A stretch of 64,000 nucleotides of DNA from Nemertoderma westbladi. Taxonomy: Eukaryota; Animalia; Xenacoelomorpha. This document shows, in pieces, positions 24,101 to 39,100 of the stretch (position 1 is the stretch's first letter; the number at the start of each line of letters is the position of its first letter). Both the position numbers and the translations under genes were made by a program. The notes beneath the pieces were generated by a model. That model was not told the origin of the DNA. It saw nothing but the letters and a program-made list of their open reading frames with translations, and made no database searches. Where the stretch lies: positions 28,211 through 92,210 of the forward strand of contig JAUCBJ010004577.1 in NCBI GenBank assembly GCA_032718475.1. Reading direction: 5' to 3'.

Positions 24101-27100
24101 GAAGTATACGAAAACCAACAATACACTAGTAGAAGTAGACGAAAACCAACAATACACTAGTAGAAGTAGACGAAAACCAACAATACACTAGTAGAAGTAG
24201 ACGAAAACCAACAATATACTAGTAGAAGAAGACGAAAACCAACAATACACTAGAAGAAGTAGATAAAAACCAACAATACACTAGAAGAAGTAGATAAAAA
24301 CCAACAATACACTAGTAGAAGAAGACGAAAACCAACAATACACTAGTAGAAGTATACGAAAACCAACAATACACTAGTAGAAGTAGACGAAAACCAACAA
24401 TATACTAGTAGAAGTAGATAAAAACCAACAATACACTAGTAGAAGAAGACGAAAACCAACAATACACTAGAAGAAGTAGATAAAAACCAACAATACACTA
24501 GTAGAAGAAGACGAAAACCAACAATACATTAGTAGAAGAAGACGAAAACCAACAATACACTAGAAGAAGTAGATAAAAACCAACAATACACTAGAAGAAG
24601 TAGACGAAAACCAACAATACACTAGTAGAAGTAGACGAAAAGCAACAATACACTAGTAGAAGTTGACGAAAACCAACAATACACTAGAAGAAGTAGATAA
24701 AAACCAACAATACACTAGAAGAAGTAGACGAAAACCAACAATACACTAGTAGAAGAAGACGAAAACCAACAATACACTAGTAGAAGAAGACGAAAACCAA
24801 CAATACACTAGAAGAAGTAGATAAAAACCAACAATACACTAGTAGAAGAAGACGAAAACCAACAATACACTAGAAGAAGTAGATAAAAACCAACAATACA
24901 CTAGTAGAAGAAGACGAAAACCAACAATACACTAGTAGAAGAAGACGAAAACCAACAATACACTAGTAGAAGAAGACGAAAACCAACAATACACTAGAAG
25001 AAGTAGATAAAAACCAACAATACACTAGTAGAAGAAGACGAAAACCAACAATACACTAGAAGAAGTAGATAAAAACCAACAATACACTAGTAGAAGAAGA
25101 CGAAAACCAACAATACACTAGTAGAAGTAGACGAAAACCAACAATACACTAGTAGAAGTAGACGAAAACCAACAATATACTAGTAGAAGTAGACGAAAAC
25201 CAACAATACACTAGTAGAAGAAGACGAAAACCAACAATACACTAGAAGAAGTAGATAAAAACCAACAATACACTAGTAGAAGAAGACGAAAACCAACAAT
25301 ACACTAGTAGAAGTAGACGAAAACCAACAATACACTAGTAGAAGTAGACGAAAACCAACAATATACTAGTAGAAGTAGACGAAAACCAACAATACACTAG
25401 AAGAAGTAGATAAAAACCAACAATACACTAGTAGAAGAAGACGAAAACCAACAATACACTAGTAGAAGAAGACGAAAACCAACAATACACTAGAAGAAGT
25501 AGATAAAAACCAACAATACACTAGTAGAAGAAGACGAAAACCAACAATACACTAGTAGAAGAAGACGAAAACCAACAATACACTAGTAGAAGAAGACGAA
25601 AACCAACAATACACTAGTAGAAGTAGACGAAAACCAACAATACACTAGTAGAAGAAGACGAAAACCAACAATACACTAGTAGAAGTAGACGAAAACCAAC
25701 AATACACTAGTAAAAGTAGACGAAAACCAACAATACACTAGTAGAAGTAGACGAAAACCAACAATATACTAGTAGAAGAAGACGAAAACCAACAATACAC
25801 TAGAAGAAGTAGATAAAAACCAACAATACACTAGAAGAAGTAGACGAAAACCAACAATACACTAGTAGAAGTAGACGAAAAGCAACAATACACTAGTAGA
25901 AATAAACGAAAACCAACAATACACTAGTAGAAGTAGACGAAAACCAACAATACACTAGTATAAGTAAACGAAAATCAGCAATACACTAGTAGAAGTAGAC
26001 GAAAACCAACAATACACTAGTAGAAGTATACGAAAACCAACAATACACTAGTAGAAGTAGACGAAAACCAGCAATACACTAGTAGAAGTAGACAAAAACC
26101 AACAATACACTAGTAGAAGTAGACGAAAACCAACAATACACTAGTAGAAGTAGACGAAAACCAACAATATACTAGTAGAAGAAGACGAAAACCAACAATA
26201 CACTAGAAGAAGTAGATAAAAACCAACAATACACTAGTAGAAGTAGACGAAAACCAACAATATACTAGTAGAAGAAGACGAAAACCAACAATACACTAGA
26301 AGAAGTAGATAAAAACCAACAATACACTAGAAGAAGTAGACGAAAACCAACAATACACTAGTAGAAGAAGACGAAAACCAACAATACACTAGAAGAAGTA
26401 GATAAAAACCAACAATACACTAGTAGAAGAAGACGAAAACCAACAATACACTAGTAGAAGTAGACGAAAACCAACAATACACTAGTAGAAGAAGACGAAA
26501 ACCAACAATACACTAGAAGAAGTAGATAAAAACCAACAATACACTAGTAGAAGAAGACGAAAACCAACAATACACTAGTAGAAGTAGACGAAAACCAACA
26601 ATACACTAGTAGAAGAAGACGAAAACCAACAATACACTAGTAGAAGTAGACGAAAACCAACAATACACTAGTAGAAGTAGACGAAAACCAACAATATACT
26701 AGTAGAAGTAGACGAAAACCAACAATACACTAGTAGAAGAAGACGAAAACCAACAATACACTAGAAGAAGTAGATAAAAACCAACAATACACTAGTAGAA
26801 GAAGACGAAAACCAACAATACACTAGTAGAAGTAGACGAAAACCAACAATACACTAGTAGAAGTAGACGAAAACCAACAATATACTAGTAGAAGTAGACG
26901 AAAACCAACAATACACTAGTAGAAGTAGACGAAAACCAACAATATACTAGTAGAAGTAGACGAAAACCAACAATACACTAGAAGAAGTAGATAAAAACCA
27001 ACAATACACTAGTAGAAGAAGACGAAAACCAACAATACACTAGTAGAAGAAGACGAAAACCAACAATACACTAGTAGAAGAAGACGAAAACCAACAATAC

Positions 27101-30100
27101 ACTAGAAGAAGTAGATAAAAACCAACAATACACTAGTAGAAGAAGACGAAAACCAACAATACACTAGAAGAAGTAGATAAAAACCAACAATACACTAGTA
27201 GAAGAAGACGAAAACCAACAATACACTAGTAGAAGTAGACGAAAACCAACAATACACTAGTAGAAGTAGACGAAAACCAACAATATACTAGTAGAAGTAG
27301 ACGAAAACCAACAATACACTAGTAGAAGAAGACGAAAACCAACAATACACTAGTAGAAGTAGACGAAAACCAACAATACACTAGTAGAAGTAGACGAAAA
27401 CCAACAATACACTAGTAGAAGAAGACGAAAACCAACAATACACTAGTAAAAGTAGACGAAAACCAACAATACACTAGTAGAAGTAGACGAAAACCAACAA
27501 TACACTAGTAGAAGTAGACGAAAACCAACAATATACTAGTAGAAGAAGACGAAAACCAACAATACACTAGAAGAAGTAGACGAAAACCAACAATACACTA
27601 GTAGAAGAAGACGAAAACCAACAATACACTAGTAGAAGTAGACGAAAACCAACAATACACTAGTAAAAGTAGACGAAAACCAACAATACACTAGTAGAAG
27701 TAGACGAAAACCAACAATATACTAGTAGAAGAAGACGAAAACCAACAATACACTAGAAGAAGTAGATAAAAACCAACAATACACTAGAAGAAGTAGACGA
27801 AAACCAACAATACACTAGTAGAAGTAGACGAAAAGCAACAATACACTAGTAGAAGTAGACGAAAACCAACAATACACTAGTAGAAGTAGACGAAAACCAA
27901 CAATACACTAGTAGAAGTAGACGAAAACCAACAATACACTAGTAGAAGTAGACGAAAACCAACAATACACTAGTAGAAGTAGACAAAAACCAACAATACA
28001 CTAGTAGAAGTAGACGAAAACCAACAATACACTAGTAGAAGTAGACGAAAACCAACAATACACTAGTAGAAGAAGACGAAAACCAACAATACACTAGTAG
28101 AAGTAGACGAAAACCAACAATACACTAGTAGAAGTAGACGAAAACCAACAATACACTAGTAGAAGTAGACGAAAACCAACAATACACTAGTAGAAGTAGA
28201 CGAAAACCAACAATACACTAGTAGAAGTAGACGAAAACCAACAATACACTAGTAGAAGTAGACGAAAACCAACAATACACTAGTAGAAGTAGACGAAAAC
28301 CAACAATACACTAGTAGAAGTAGACGAAAACCAACAATACACTAGTAGAAGTAGACGAAAACCAACAATACACTAGTAGAAGTAGACGAAAACCAACAAT
28401 ACACTAGTAGAAGTAGACGAAAACCAACAATACACTAGTAGAAGAAGACGAAAACCAACAATACACTAGTAGAAGTAGACGAAAACCAACAATACACTAG
28501 TAAAAGTAGACGAAAACCAACAATACACTAGTAGAAGTAGACGAAAACCAACAATATACTAGTAGAAGAAGACGAAAACCAACAATACACTAGAAGAAGT
28601 AGATAAAAACCAACAATACACTAGTAGAAGTAGACGAAAACCAACAATATACTAGTAGAAGAAGACGAAAACCAACAATACACTAGAAGAAGTAGATAAA
28701 AACCAACAATACACTAGAAGAAGTAGACGAAAACCAACAATACACTAGTAGAAGTAGACGAAAAGCAACAATACACTAGTAGAAGTAGACGAAAACCAAC
28801 AATACACTAGTAGAAGTAGACGAAAACCAACAATACACTAGTAGAAGTAGACGAAAACCAACAATACACTAGTAGAAGTAGACGAAAACCAACAATACAC
28901 TAGTAGAAGAAGACGAAAACCAACAATACACTAGTAGAAGTAGACGAAAACCAACAATACACTAGTAAAAGTAGACGAAAACCAACAATACACTAGTAGA
29001 AGTAGACGAAAACCAACAATATACTAGTAGAAGAAGACGAAAACCAACAATACACTAGAAGAAGTAGATAAAAACCAACAATACACTAGAAGAAGTAGAC
29101 GAAAACCAACAATACACTAGTAGAAGTAGACGAAAAGCAACAATACACTAGTAGAAGTAGACGAAAACCAACAATACACTAGTAGAAGTAGACGAAAACC
29201 AACAATACACTAGTAGAAGTAGACGAAAACCAACAATACACTAGTAGAAGAAGACGAAAACCAACAATACACTAGTAGAAGTAGACGAAAACCAACAATA
29301 CACTAGTAAAAGTAGACGAAAACCAACAATATACTAGTAGAAGAAGACGAAAACCAACAATACACTAGAAGAAGTAGATAAAAACCAACAATACACTAGT
29401 AGAAGAAGACGAAAACCAACAATACACTAGAAGAAGTAGATAAAAACCAACAATACGCTAGAAGAAGTAGATAAAAACCAACAATACACTAGTAGAAGTA
29501 GACGAAAACCAACAATACACTAGTAGAAGAAGACGAAAACCAACAATATACTAGTAGAAGAAGACGAAAACCAACAATACACTAGAAGAAGTAGATAAAA
29601 ACCAACAATACACTAGAAGAAGTAGACGAAAACCAACAATACACTAGTAGAAGAAGACGAAAACCAACAATATACTAGTAGAAGAAGACGAAAACCAACA
29701 ATACACTAGAAGAAGTAGATAAAAACCAACAATACACTAGTAGAAGAAGACGAAAACCAACAATACACTAGAAGAAGTAGACGAAAACCAACAATACACT
29801 AGTAGAAGTAGACGAAAACCAACAATATACTAGTAGAAGAAGACGAAAACCAACAATACACTAGAAGAAGTAGACGAAAACCAACAATACACTAGAAGAA
29901 GTAGACGAAAACCAACAATACACTAGTAGAAGTAGACGAAAACCAACAATATACTAGTAGAAGAAGACGAAAACCAACAATACACTAGAAGAAGTAGACG
30001 AAAACCAACAATATACTAGTAGAAGTAGACGAAAACCAACAATATACTAGTAGAAGAAGACGAAAACCAACAATATACTAGTAGAAGAAGACGAAAACCA

Positions 30101-33100
30101 ACAATACACTAGAAGAAGTAGACGAAAACCAACAATATACTAGTAGAAGTAGACGAAAACCAACAATACACTAGTAGAAGAAGACGAAAACCAACAATAC
30201 ACTAGAAGAAGAAGACGAAAACCAACAATACACTAGAAGAAGTAGATAAAAACCAACAATACACTAGAAGAAGTAGACGAAAACCAACAATATACTAGTA
30301 GAAGTAGACGAAAACCAACAATACACTAGTAAAAGTAGACGAAAACCAACAATATACTAGTAGAAGAAGACGAAAACCAACAATATACTAGTAGAAGAAG
30401 ACGAAAACCAACAATATACTAGTAGAAGTATACGAAAACCAACAATACACTAGTAAAAGTAGACGAAAACCAACAATACACTAGTAGAAGTAGACGAAAA
30501 CCAACAATATACTAGTAGAAGAAGACGAAAACCAACAATACACTAGAAGAAGTAGATAAAAACCAACAATACACTAGTAGAAGAAGACGAAAACCAACAA
30601 TACACTAGTAGAAGTAGACGAAAACCAACAATACACTAGTAGAAGAAGACGAAAACCAACAATACACTAGTAGAAGTAGACGAAAACCAACAATACACTA
30701 GTAAAAGTAGACGAAAACCAACAATACACTAGTAGAAGTAGACGAAAACCAACAATATACTAGTAGAAGAAGACGAAAACCAACAATACACTAGAAGAAG
30801 TAGATAAAAACCAACAATACACTAGAAGAAGTAGACGAAAACCAACAATACACTAGTAGAAGTAGACGAAAACCAACAATACACTAGTAGAAGAAGACGA
30901 AAACCAACAATATACTAGTAGAAGAAGACGAAAACCAACAATATACTAGTAGAAGAAGACGAAAACCAACAATATACTAGTAGAAGTATACGAAAACCAA
31001 CAATACACTAGTAAAAGTAGACGAAAACCAACAATACACTAGTAGAAGTAGACGAAAACCAACAATATACTAGTAGAAGAAGACGAAAACCAACAATACA
31101 CTAGAAGAAGTAGATAAAAACCAACAATACACTAGTAGAAGAAGACGAAAACCAACAATACACTAGTAGAAGTAGACGAAAACCAACAATACACTAGTAG
31201 AAGAAGACGAAAACCAACAATACACTAGTAGAAGTAGACGAAAACCAACAATACACTAGTAAAAGTAGACGAAAACCAACAATACACTAGTAGAAGTAGA
31301 CGAAAACCAACAATATACTAGTAGAAGAAGACGAAAACCAACAATACACTAGAAGAAGTAGATAAAAACCAACAATACACTAGAAGAAGTAGACGAAAAC
31401 CAACAATACACTAGTAGAAGTAGACGAAAACCAACAATACACTAGTAGAAGAAGACGAAAACCAACAATATACTAGTAGAAGAAGACGAAAACCAACAAT
31501 ACACTAGAAGAAGTAGATAAAAACCAACAATACACTAGTAGAAGAAGACGAAAACCAACAATACACTAGTAGAAGTAGACGAAAACCAACAATACACTAG
31601 TAAAAGTAGACGAAAACCAACAATACACTAGTAGAAGTAGACGAAAACCAACAATATACTAGTAGAAGAAGACGAAAACCAACAATACACTAGAAGAAGT
31701 AGATAAAAACCAACAATACACTAGTAGAAGTAGACGAAAACCAACAATACACTAGTAGAAGTAGACGAAAACCAACAATATACTAGTAGAAGAAGACGAA
31801 AACCAACAATACACTAGAAGAAGTAGATAAAAACCAACAATACACTAGTAGAAGTAGACGAAAACCAACAATACACTAGTAGAAGTAGACGAAAACCAAC
31901 AATATACTAGTAGAAGAAGACGAAAACCAACAATACACTAGAAGAAGTAGATAAAAACCAACAATACACTAGTAGAAGAAGACGAAAACCAACAATACAC
32001 TAGTAGAAGTAGACGAAAACCAACAATACACTAGTAAAAGTAGACGAAAACCAACAATACACTAGTAGAAGTAGACGAAAACCAACAATATACTAGTAGA
32101 AGAAGACGAAAACCAACAATACACTAGAAGAAGTAGATAAAAACCAACAATACACTAGAAGAAGTAGACGAAAACCAACAATACACTAGTAGAAGTAGAC
32201 GAAAACCAACAATACACTAGTAGAAGTAGACGAAAACCAACAATATACTAGTAGAAGTAGACGAAAACCAACAATACACTAGTAGAAGTAGACGAAAACC
32301 AACAATACACTAGTAGAAGTAGACGAAAACCAACAATACACGAGTAGAAGTAGACGAAAAGCAACAATACACTAGTAGAAGTAGACAAAAACCAACAATA
32401 CACTAGTAGAAGTAGACGAAAAGCAACAATACACTAGTAGAAGAAGACGAAAACCAACAATACACTAGTAGAAGTAGACGAAAACCAACAATACACTAGT
32501 AGAAGTAGACGAAAACCAACAATACACTAGTAGAAGTAGACGAAAACCAACAATACACTAGTAGAAGAAGACGAAAACCAACAATACACTAGTAGAAGTA
32601 GACGAAAACCAACAATACACTAGTAAAAGTAGACGAAAACCAACAATACACTAGTAGAAGTAGACGAAAACCAACAATATACTAGTAGAAGAAGACGAAA
32701 ACCAACAATACACTAGAAGAAGTAGATAAAAACCAACAATACACTAGAAGAAGTAGACGAAAACCAACAATACACTAGTAGAAGTAGACGAAAAGCAACA
32801 ATACACTAGTAGAAATAAACGAAAACCAACAATACACTAGTAGAAGTAGACGAAAACCAACAATACACTAGTATAAGTAAACGAAAATCAGCAATACACT
32901 AGTAGAAGTAGACGAAAACCAACAATACACTAGTAGAAGTATACGAAAACCAACAATACACTAGTAGAAGTAGACGAAAACCAGCAATACACTAGTAGAA
33001 GTAGACAAAAACCAACAATACACTAGTAGAAGTAGACGAAAACCAACAATACACTAGTAGAAGTAGACGAAAACCAACAATATACTAGTAGAAGAAGACG

Positions 33101-36100
33101 AAAACCAACAATACACTAGAAGAAGTAGATAAAAACCAACAATACACTAGTAGAAGTAGACGAAAACCAACAATATACTAGTAGAAGAAGACGAAAACCA
33201 ACAATACACTAGAAGAAGTAGATAAAAACCAACAATACACTAGAAGAAGTAGACGAAAACCAACAATACACTAGTAGAAGTAGACGAAAAGCAACAATAC
33301 ACTAGTAGAAGTAGACGAAAACCAACAATACACTAGTAGAAGTAGACGAAAACCAACAATACACTAGTAGAAGTAGACGAAAACCAACAATACACAAGTA
33401 GAAGTAGACGAAAACCAACAATACACTAGTAGAAGAAGACGAAAACCAACAATACACTAGTAGAAGTAGACGAAAACCAACAATACACTAGTAAAAGTAG
33501 ACGAAAACCAACAATACACTAGTAGAAGTAGACGAAAACCAACAATATACTAGTAGAAGAAGACGAAAACCAACAATACACTAGAAGAAGTAGATAAAAA
33601 CCAACAATACACTAGAAGAAGTAGACGAAAACCAACAATACACTAGTAGAAGTAGACGAAAAGCAACAATACACTAGTAGAAGTAGACGAAAACCAACAA
33701 TACACTAGTAGAAGTAGACGAAAACCAACAATACACTAGTAGAAGTAGACGAAAACCAACAATACACTAGTAGAAGAAGACGAAAACCAACAATACACTA
33801 GTAGAAGTAGACGAAAACCAACAATACACTAGTAAAAGTAGACGAAAACCAACAATATACTAGTAGAAGAAGACGAAAACCAACAATACACTAGAAGAAG
33901 TAGATAAAAACCAACAATACACTAGAAGAAGTAGACGAAAACCAACAATACACTAGTAGAAGAAGACGAAAACCAACAATATACTAGTAGAAGAAGACGA
34001 AAACCAACAATACACTAGAAGAAGTAGATAAAAACCAACAATACACTAGTAGAAGAAGACGAAAACCAACAATACACTAGTAGAAGTAGACGAAAACCAA
34101 CAATACACTAGTAAAAGTAGACGAAAACCAACAATACACTAGTAGAAGTAGACGAAAACCAACAATATACTAGTAGAAGAAGACGAAAACCAACAATACA
34201 CTAGAAGAAGTAGATAAAAACCAACAATACACTAGAAGAAGTAGACGAAAACCAACAATACACTAGTAGAAGTAGACGAAAACCAACAATATACTAGTAG
34301 AAGAAGACGAAAACCAACAATACACTAGAAGAAGTAGACGAAAACCAACAATATACTAGTAGAAGTAGACGAAAACAAACAATATACTAGTAGAAGAAGA
34401 CGAAAACCAACAATATACTAGTAGAAGAAGACGAAAACCAACAATACACTAGAAGAAGTAGACGAAAACCAACAATATACTAGTAGAAGTAGACGAAAAC
34501 CAACAATATACTAGTAGAAGAAGACGAAAACCAACAATACACTAGAAGAAGTAGACGAAAACCAACAATACACTAGTAGAAGAAGACGAAAACCAACAAT
34601 ACACTAGTAGAAGTAGACGAAAACCAACAATACACTAGTAAAAGTAGACGAAAACCAACAATACACTAGTAGAAGTAGACGAAAACCAACAATATACTAG
34701 TAGAAGAAGACGAAAACCAACAATACACTAGAAGAAGTAGATAAAAACCAACAATACACTAGAAGAAGTAGACGAAAACCAACAATACACTAGTAGAAGT
34801 AGACGAAAACCAACAATACACTAGTAGAAGAAGACGAAAACCAACAATATACTAGTAGAAGAAGACGAAAACCAACAATACACTAGAAGAAGTAGATAAA
34901 AACCAACAATACACTAGTAGAAGAAGACGAAAACCAACAATACACTAGTAGAAGTAGACGAAAACCAACAATACACTAGTAAAAGTAGACGAAAACCAAC
35001 AATACACTAGTAGAAGTAGACGAAAACCAACAATACACTAGTAGAAGTAGACGAAAACCAACAATATACTAGTAGAAGAAGACGAAAACCAACAATATAC
35101 TAGTAGAAGTAGACGAAAACCAACAATATACTAGTAGAAGTAGACGAAAACCAACAATATACTAGTAGAAGAAGACGAAAACCAACAATATACTAGTAAA
35201 AGTAGACGAAAACCAACAATACACTAGTAGAAGTAGACGAAAACCAACAATACACTAGTAGAAGTAGACGAAAACCAACAATATACTAGTAGAAGAAGAC
35301 GAAAACCAACAATATACTAGTAGAAGTAGACGAAAACCAACAATATACTAGTAGAAGTAGACGAAAACCAACAATACACTAGTAGAAGTAGACGAAAACC
35401 AACAATACACTAGTAGAAGTAGACGAAAACCAACAATATACTAGTAGAAGTAGACGAAAACCAACAATATACTAGTAGAAGAAGACGAAAACCAACAATA
35501 CACTAGAAGAAGTAGATAAAAACCAACAATACACTAGTAGAAGTAGACGAAAACCAACAATACACTAGTAGAAGTAGACGAAAACCAACAATATACTAGT
35601 AGAAGAAGACGAAAACCAACAATACACTAGAAGAAGTAGATAAAAACCAACAATACACTAGTAGAAGTAGACGAAAACCAACAATACACTAGTAGAAGTA
35701 GACGAAAACCAACAATATACTAGTAGAAGAAGACGAAAACCAACAATACACTAGAAGAAGTAGATAAAAACCAACAATACACTAGTAGAAGAAGACGAAA
35801 ACCAATAATACACTAGTAGAAGTAGACGAAAACCAACAATACACTAGTAAAAGTAGACGAAAACCAACAATACACTAGTAGAAGTAGACGAAAACCAACA
35901 ATATACTAGTAGAAGAAGACGAAAACCAACAATACACTAGAAGAAGTAGATAAAAACCAACAATACACTAGAAGAAGTAGACGAAAACCAACAATACACT
36001 AGTAGAAGTAGACGAAAACCAACAATACACTAGTAGAAGTAGACGAAAACCAACAATATACTAGTAGAAGTAGACGAAAACCAACAATACACTAGTAGAA

Positions 36101-39100
36101 GTAGACGAAAACCAACAATACACTAGTAGAAGTAGACGAAAACCAACAATACACGAGTAGAAGTAGACGAAAAGCAACAATACACTAGTAGAAGTAGACA
36201 AAAACCAACAATACACTAGTAGAAGTAGACGAAAAGCAACAATACACTAGTAGAAGAAGACGAAAACCAACAATACACTAGTAGAAGTAGACGAAAACCA
36301 ACAATACACTAGTAGAAGTAGACGAAAACCAACAATACACTAGTAGAAGTAGACGAAAACCAACAATACACTAGTAGAAGAAGACGAAAACCAACAATAC
36401 ACTAGTAGAAGTAGACGAAAACCAACAATACACTAGTAGAAGTAGACGAAAACCAACAATACACTAGTAGAAGTAGACGAAAACCAACAATACACTAGTA
36501 GAAGTAGACGAAAACCAACAATACACTAGTAGAAGTAGACGAAAACCAACAATACACTAGTAGAAGAAGACGAAAACCAACAATACACTAGTAGAAGTAG
36601 ACGAAAACCAACAATACACTAGTAGAAGTAGACGAAAACCAACAATACACTAGTAGAAGTAGACGAAAACCAACAATACACTAGTAGAAGTAGACGAAAA
36701 CCAACAATACACTAGTAGAAGTAGACGAAAACCAACAATACACTAGTAGAAGTAGACGAAAACCAACAATACACTAGTAGAAGAAGACGAAAACCAACAA
36801 TACACTAGTAGAAGTAGACGAAAACCAACAATACACTAGTAGAAGTAGACGAAAACCAACAATACACTAGTAGAAGTAGACGAAAACCAACAATACACTA
36901 GTAGAAGTAGACGAAAACCAACAATACACTAGTAGAAGTAGACGAAAACCAACAATATACTAGTAGAAGTAGACGAAAACCAACAATACACTAGTAGAAG
37001 TAGACGAAAACCAACAATACACTAGTAGAAGTAGACGAAAACCAACAATACACGAGTAGAAGTAGACGAAAAGCAACAATACACTAGTAGAAGTAGACGA
37101 AAACCAACAATACACTAGTAGAAGTAGACGAAAACCAACAATACACTAGTAGAAGTAGACGAAAACCAACAATACACTAGTAGAAGTAGACGAAAACCAA
37201 CAATACACTAGTAGAAGTAGACGAAAACCAACAATACACTAGTAGAAGTAGACGAAAACCAACAATACACTAGTAGAAGTAGACGAAAACCAACAATACA
37301 CTAGTAGAAGTAGACGAAAACCAACAATACACTAGTAGAAGTAGACGAAAACCAACAATACACTAGTAGAAGTAGACGAAAACCAACAATACACTAGTAG
37401 AAGTAGACGAAAACCAACAATACACTAGTAGAAGTAGACGAAAACCAACAATACACTAGTAGAAGAAGACGAAAACCAACAATACACTAGTAGAAGTAGA
37501 CGAAAACCAACAATACACTAGTAGAAGTAGACGAAAACCAACAATACACTAGTAGAAGTAGACGAAAACCAACAATACACTAGTAGAAGTAGACGAAAAC
37601 CAACAATACACTAGTAGAAGTAGACGAAAACCAACAATACACTAGTAGAAGTAGACGAAAACCAACAATACACTAGTAGAAGTAGACGAAAACCAACAAT
37701 ACACTAGTAGAAGTAGACGAAAACCAACAATACACTAGTAGAAGTAGACGAAAACCAACAATACACTAGTAGAAGTAGACGAAAACCAACAATACACTAG
37801 TAGAAGTAGACGAAAACCAACAATACACTAGTAGAAGTAGACGAAAACCAACAATACACTAGTAGAAGTAGACGAAAACCAACAATACACTAGTAGAAGT
37901 AGACGAAAACCAACAATACACTAGTAGAAGTAGACGAAAACCAACAATACACTAGTAGAAGTAGACGAAAACCAACAATACACTAGTAGAAGTAGACGAA
38001 AACCAACAATACACTAGTAGAAGTAGACGAAAACCAACAATACACTAGTAGAAGTAGACGAAAACCAACAATACACTAGTAGAAGTAGACGAAAACCAAC
38101 AATACACTAGTAGAAGTAGACGAAAACCAACAATACACTAGTAGAAGTAGACGAAAACCAACAATACACTAGTAGAAGTAGACGAAAACCAACAATACAC
38201 TAGTAGAAGTAGACGAAAACCAACAATACACTAGTAGAAGTAGACGAAAACCAACAATACACTAGTAGAAGTAGACGAAAACCAACAATACACTAGTAGA
38301 AGTAGACGAAAACCAACAATACACTAGTAGAAGTAGACGAAAACCAACAATACACTAGTAGAAGTAGACGAAAACCAACAATACACTAGTAGAAGTAGAC
38401 GAAAACCAACAATACACTAGTAGAAGTAGACGAAAACCAACAATACACTAGTAGAAGTAGACGAAAACCAACAATACACTAGTAGAAGTAGACGAAAACC
38501 AACAATACACTAGTAGAAGTAGACGAAAACCAACAATACACTAGTAGAAGTAGACGAAAACCAACAATACACTAGTAGAAGTAGACGAAAACCAACAATA
38601 CACTAGTAGAAGTAGACGAAAACCAACAATACACTAGTAGAAGTAGACGAAAACCAACAATACACTAGTAGAAGTAGACGAAAACCAACAATACACTAGT
38701 AGAAGTAGACGAAAACCAACAATACACTAGTAGAAGTAGACGAAAACCAACAATACACTAGTAGAAGTAGACGAAAACCAACAATACACTAGTAGAAGTA
38801 GACGAAAACCAACAATACACTAGTAGAAGTAGACGAAAACCAACAATACACTAGTAGAAGTAGACGAAAACCAACAATACACTAGTAGAAGTAGACGAAA
38901 ACCAACAATACACTAGTAGAAGTAGACGAAAACCAACAATACACTAGTAGAAGTAGACGAAAACCAACAATACACTAGTAGAAGTAGACGAAAACCAACA
39001 ATACACTAGTAGAAGTAGACGAAAACCAACAATACACTAGTAGAAGTAGACGAAAACCAACAATACACTAGTAGAAGTATACGAAAACCAACAATACACT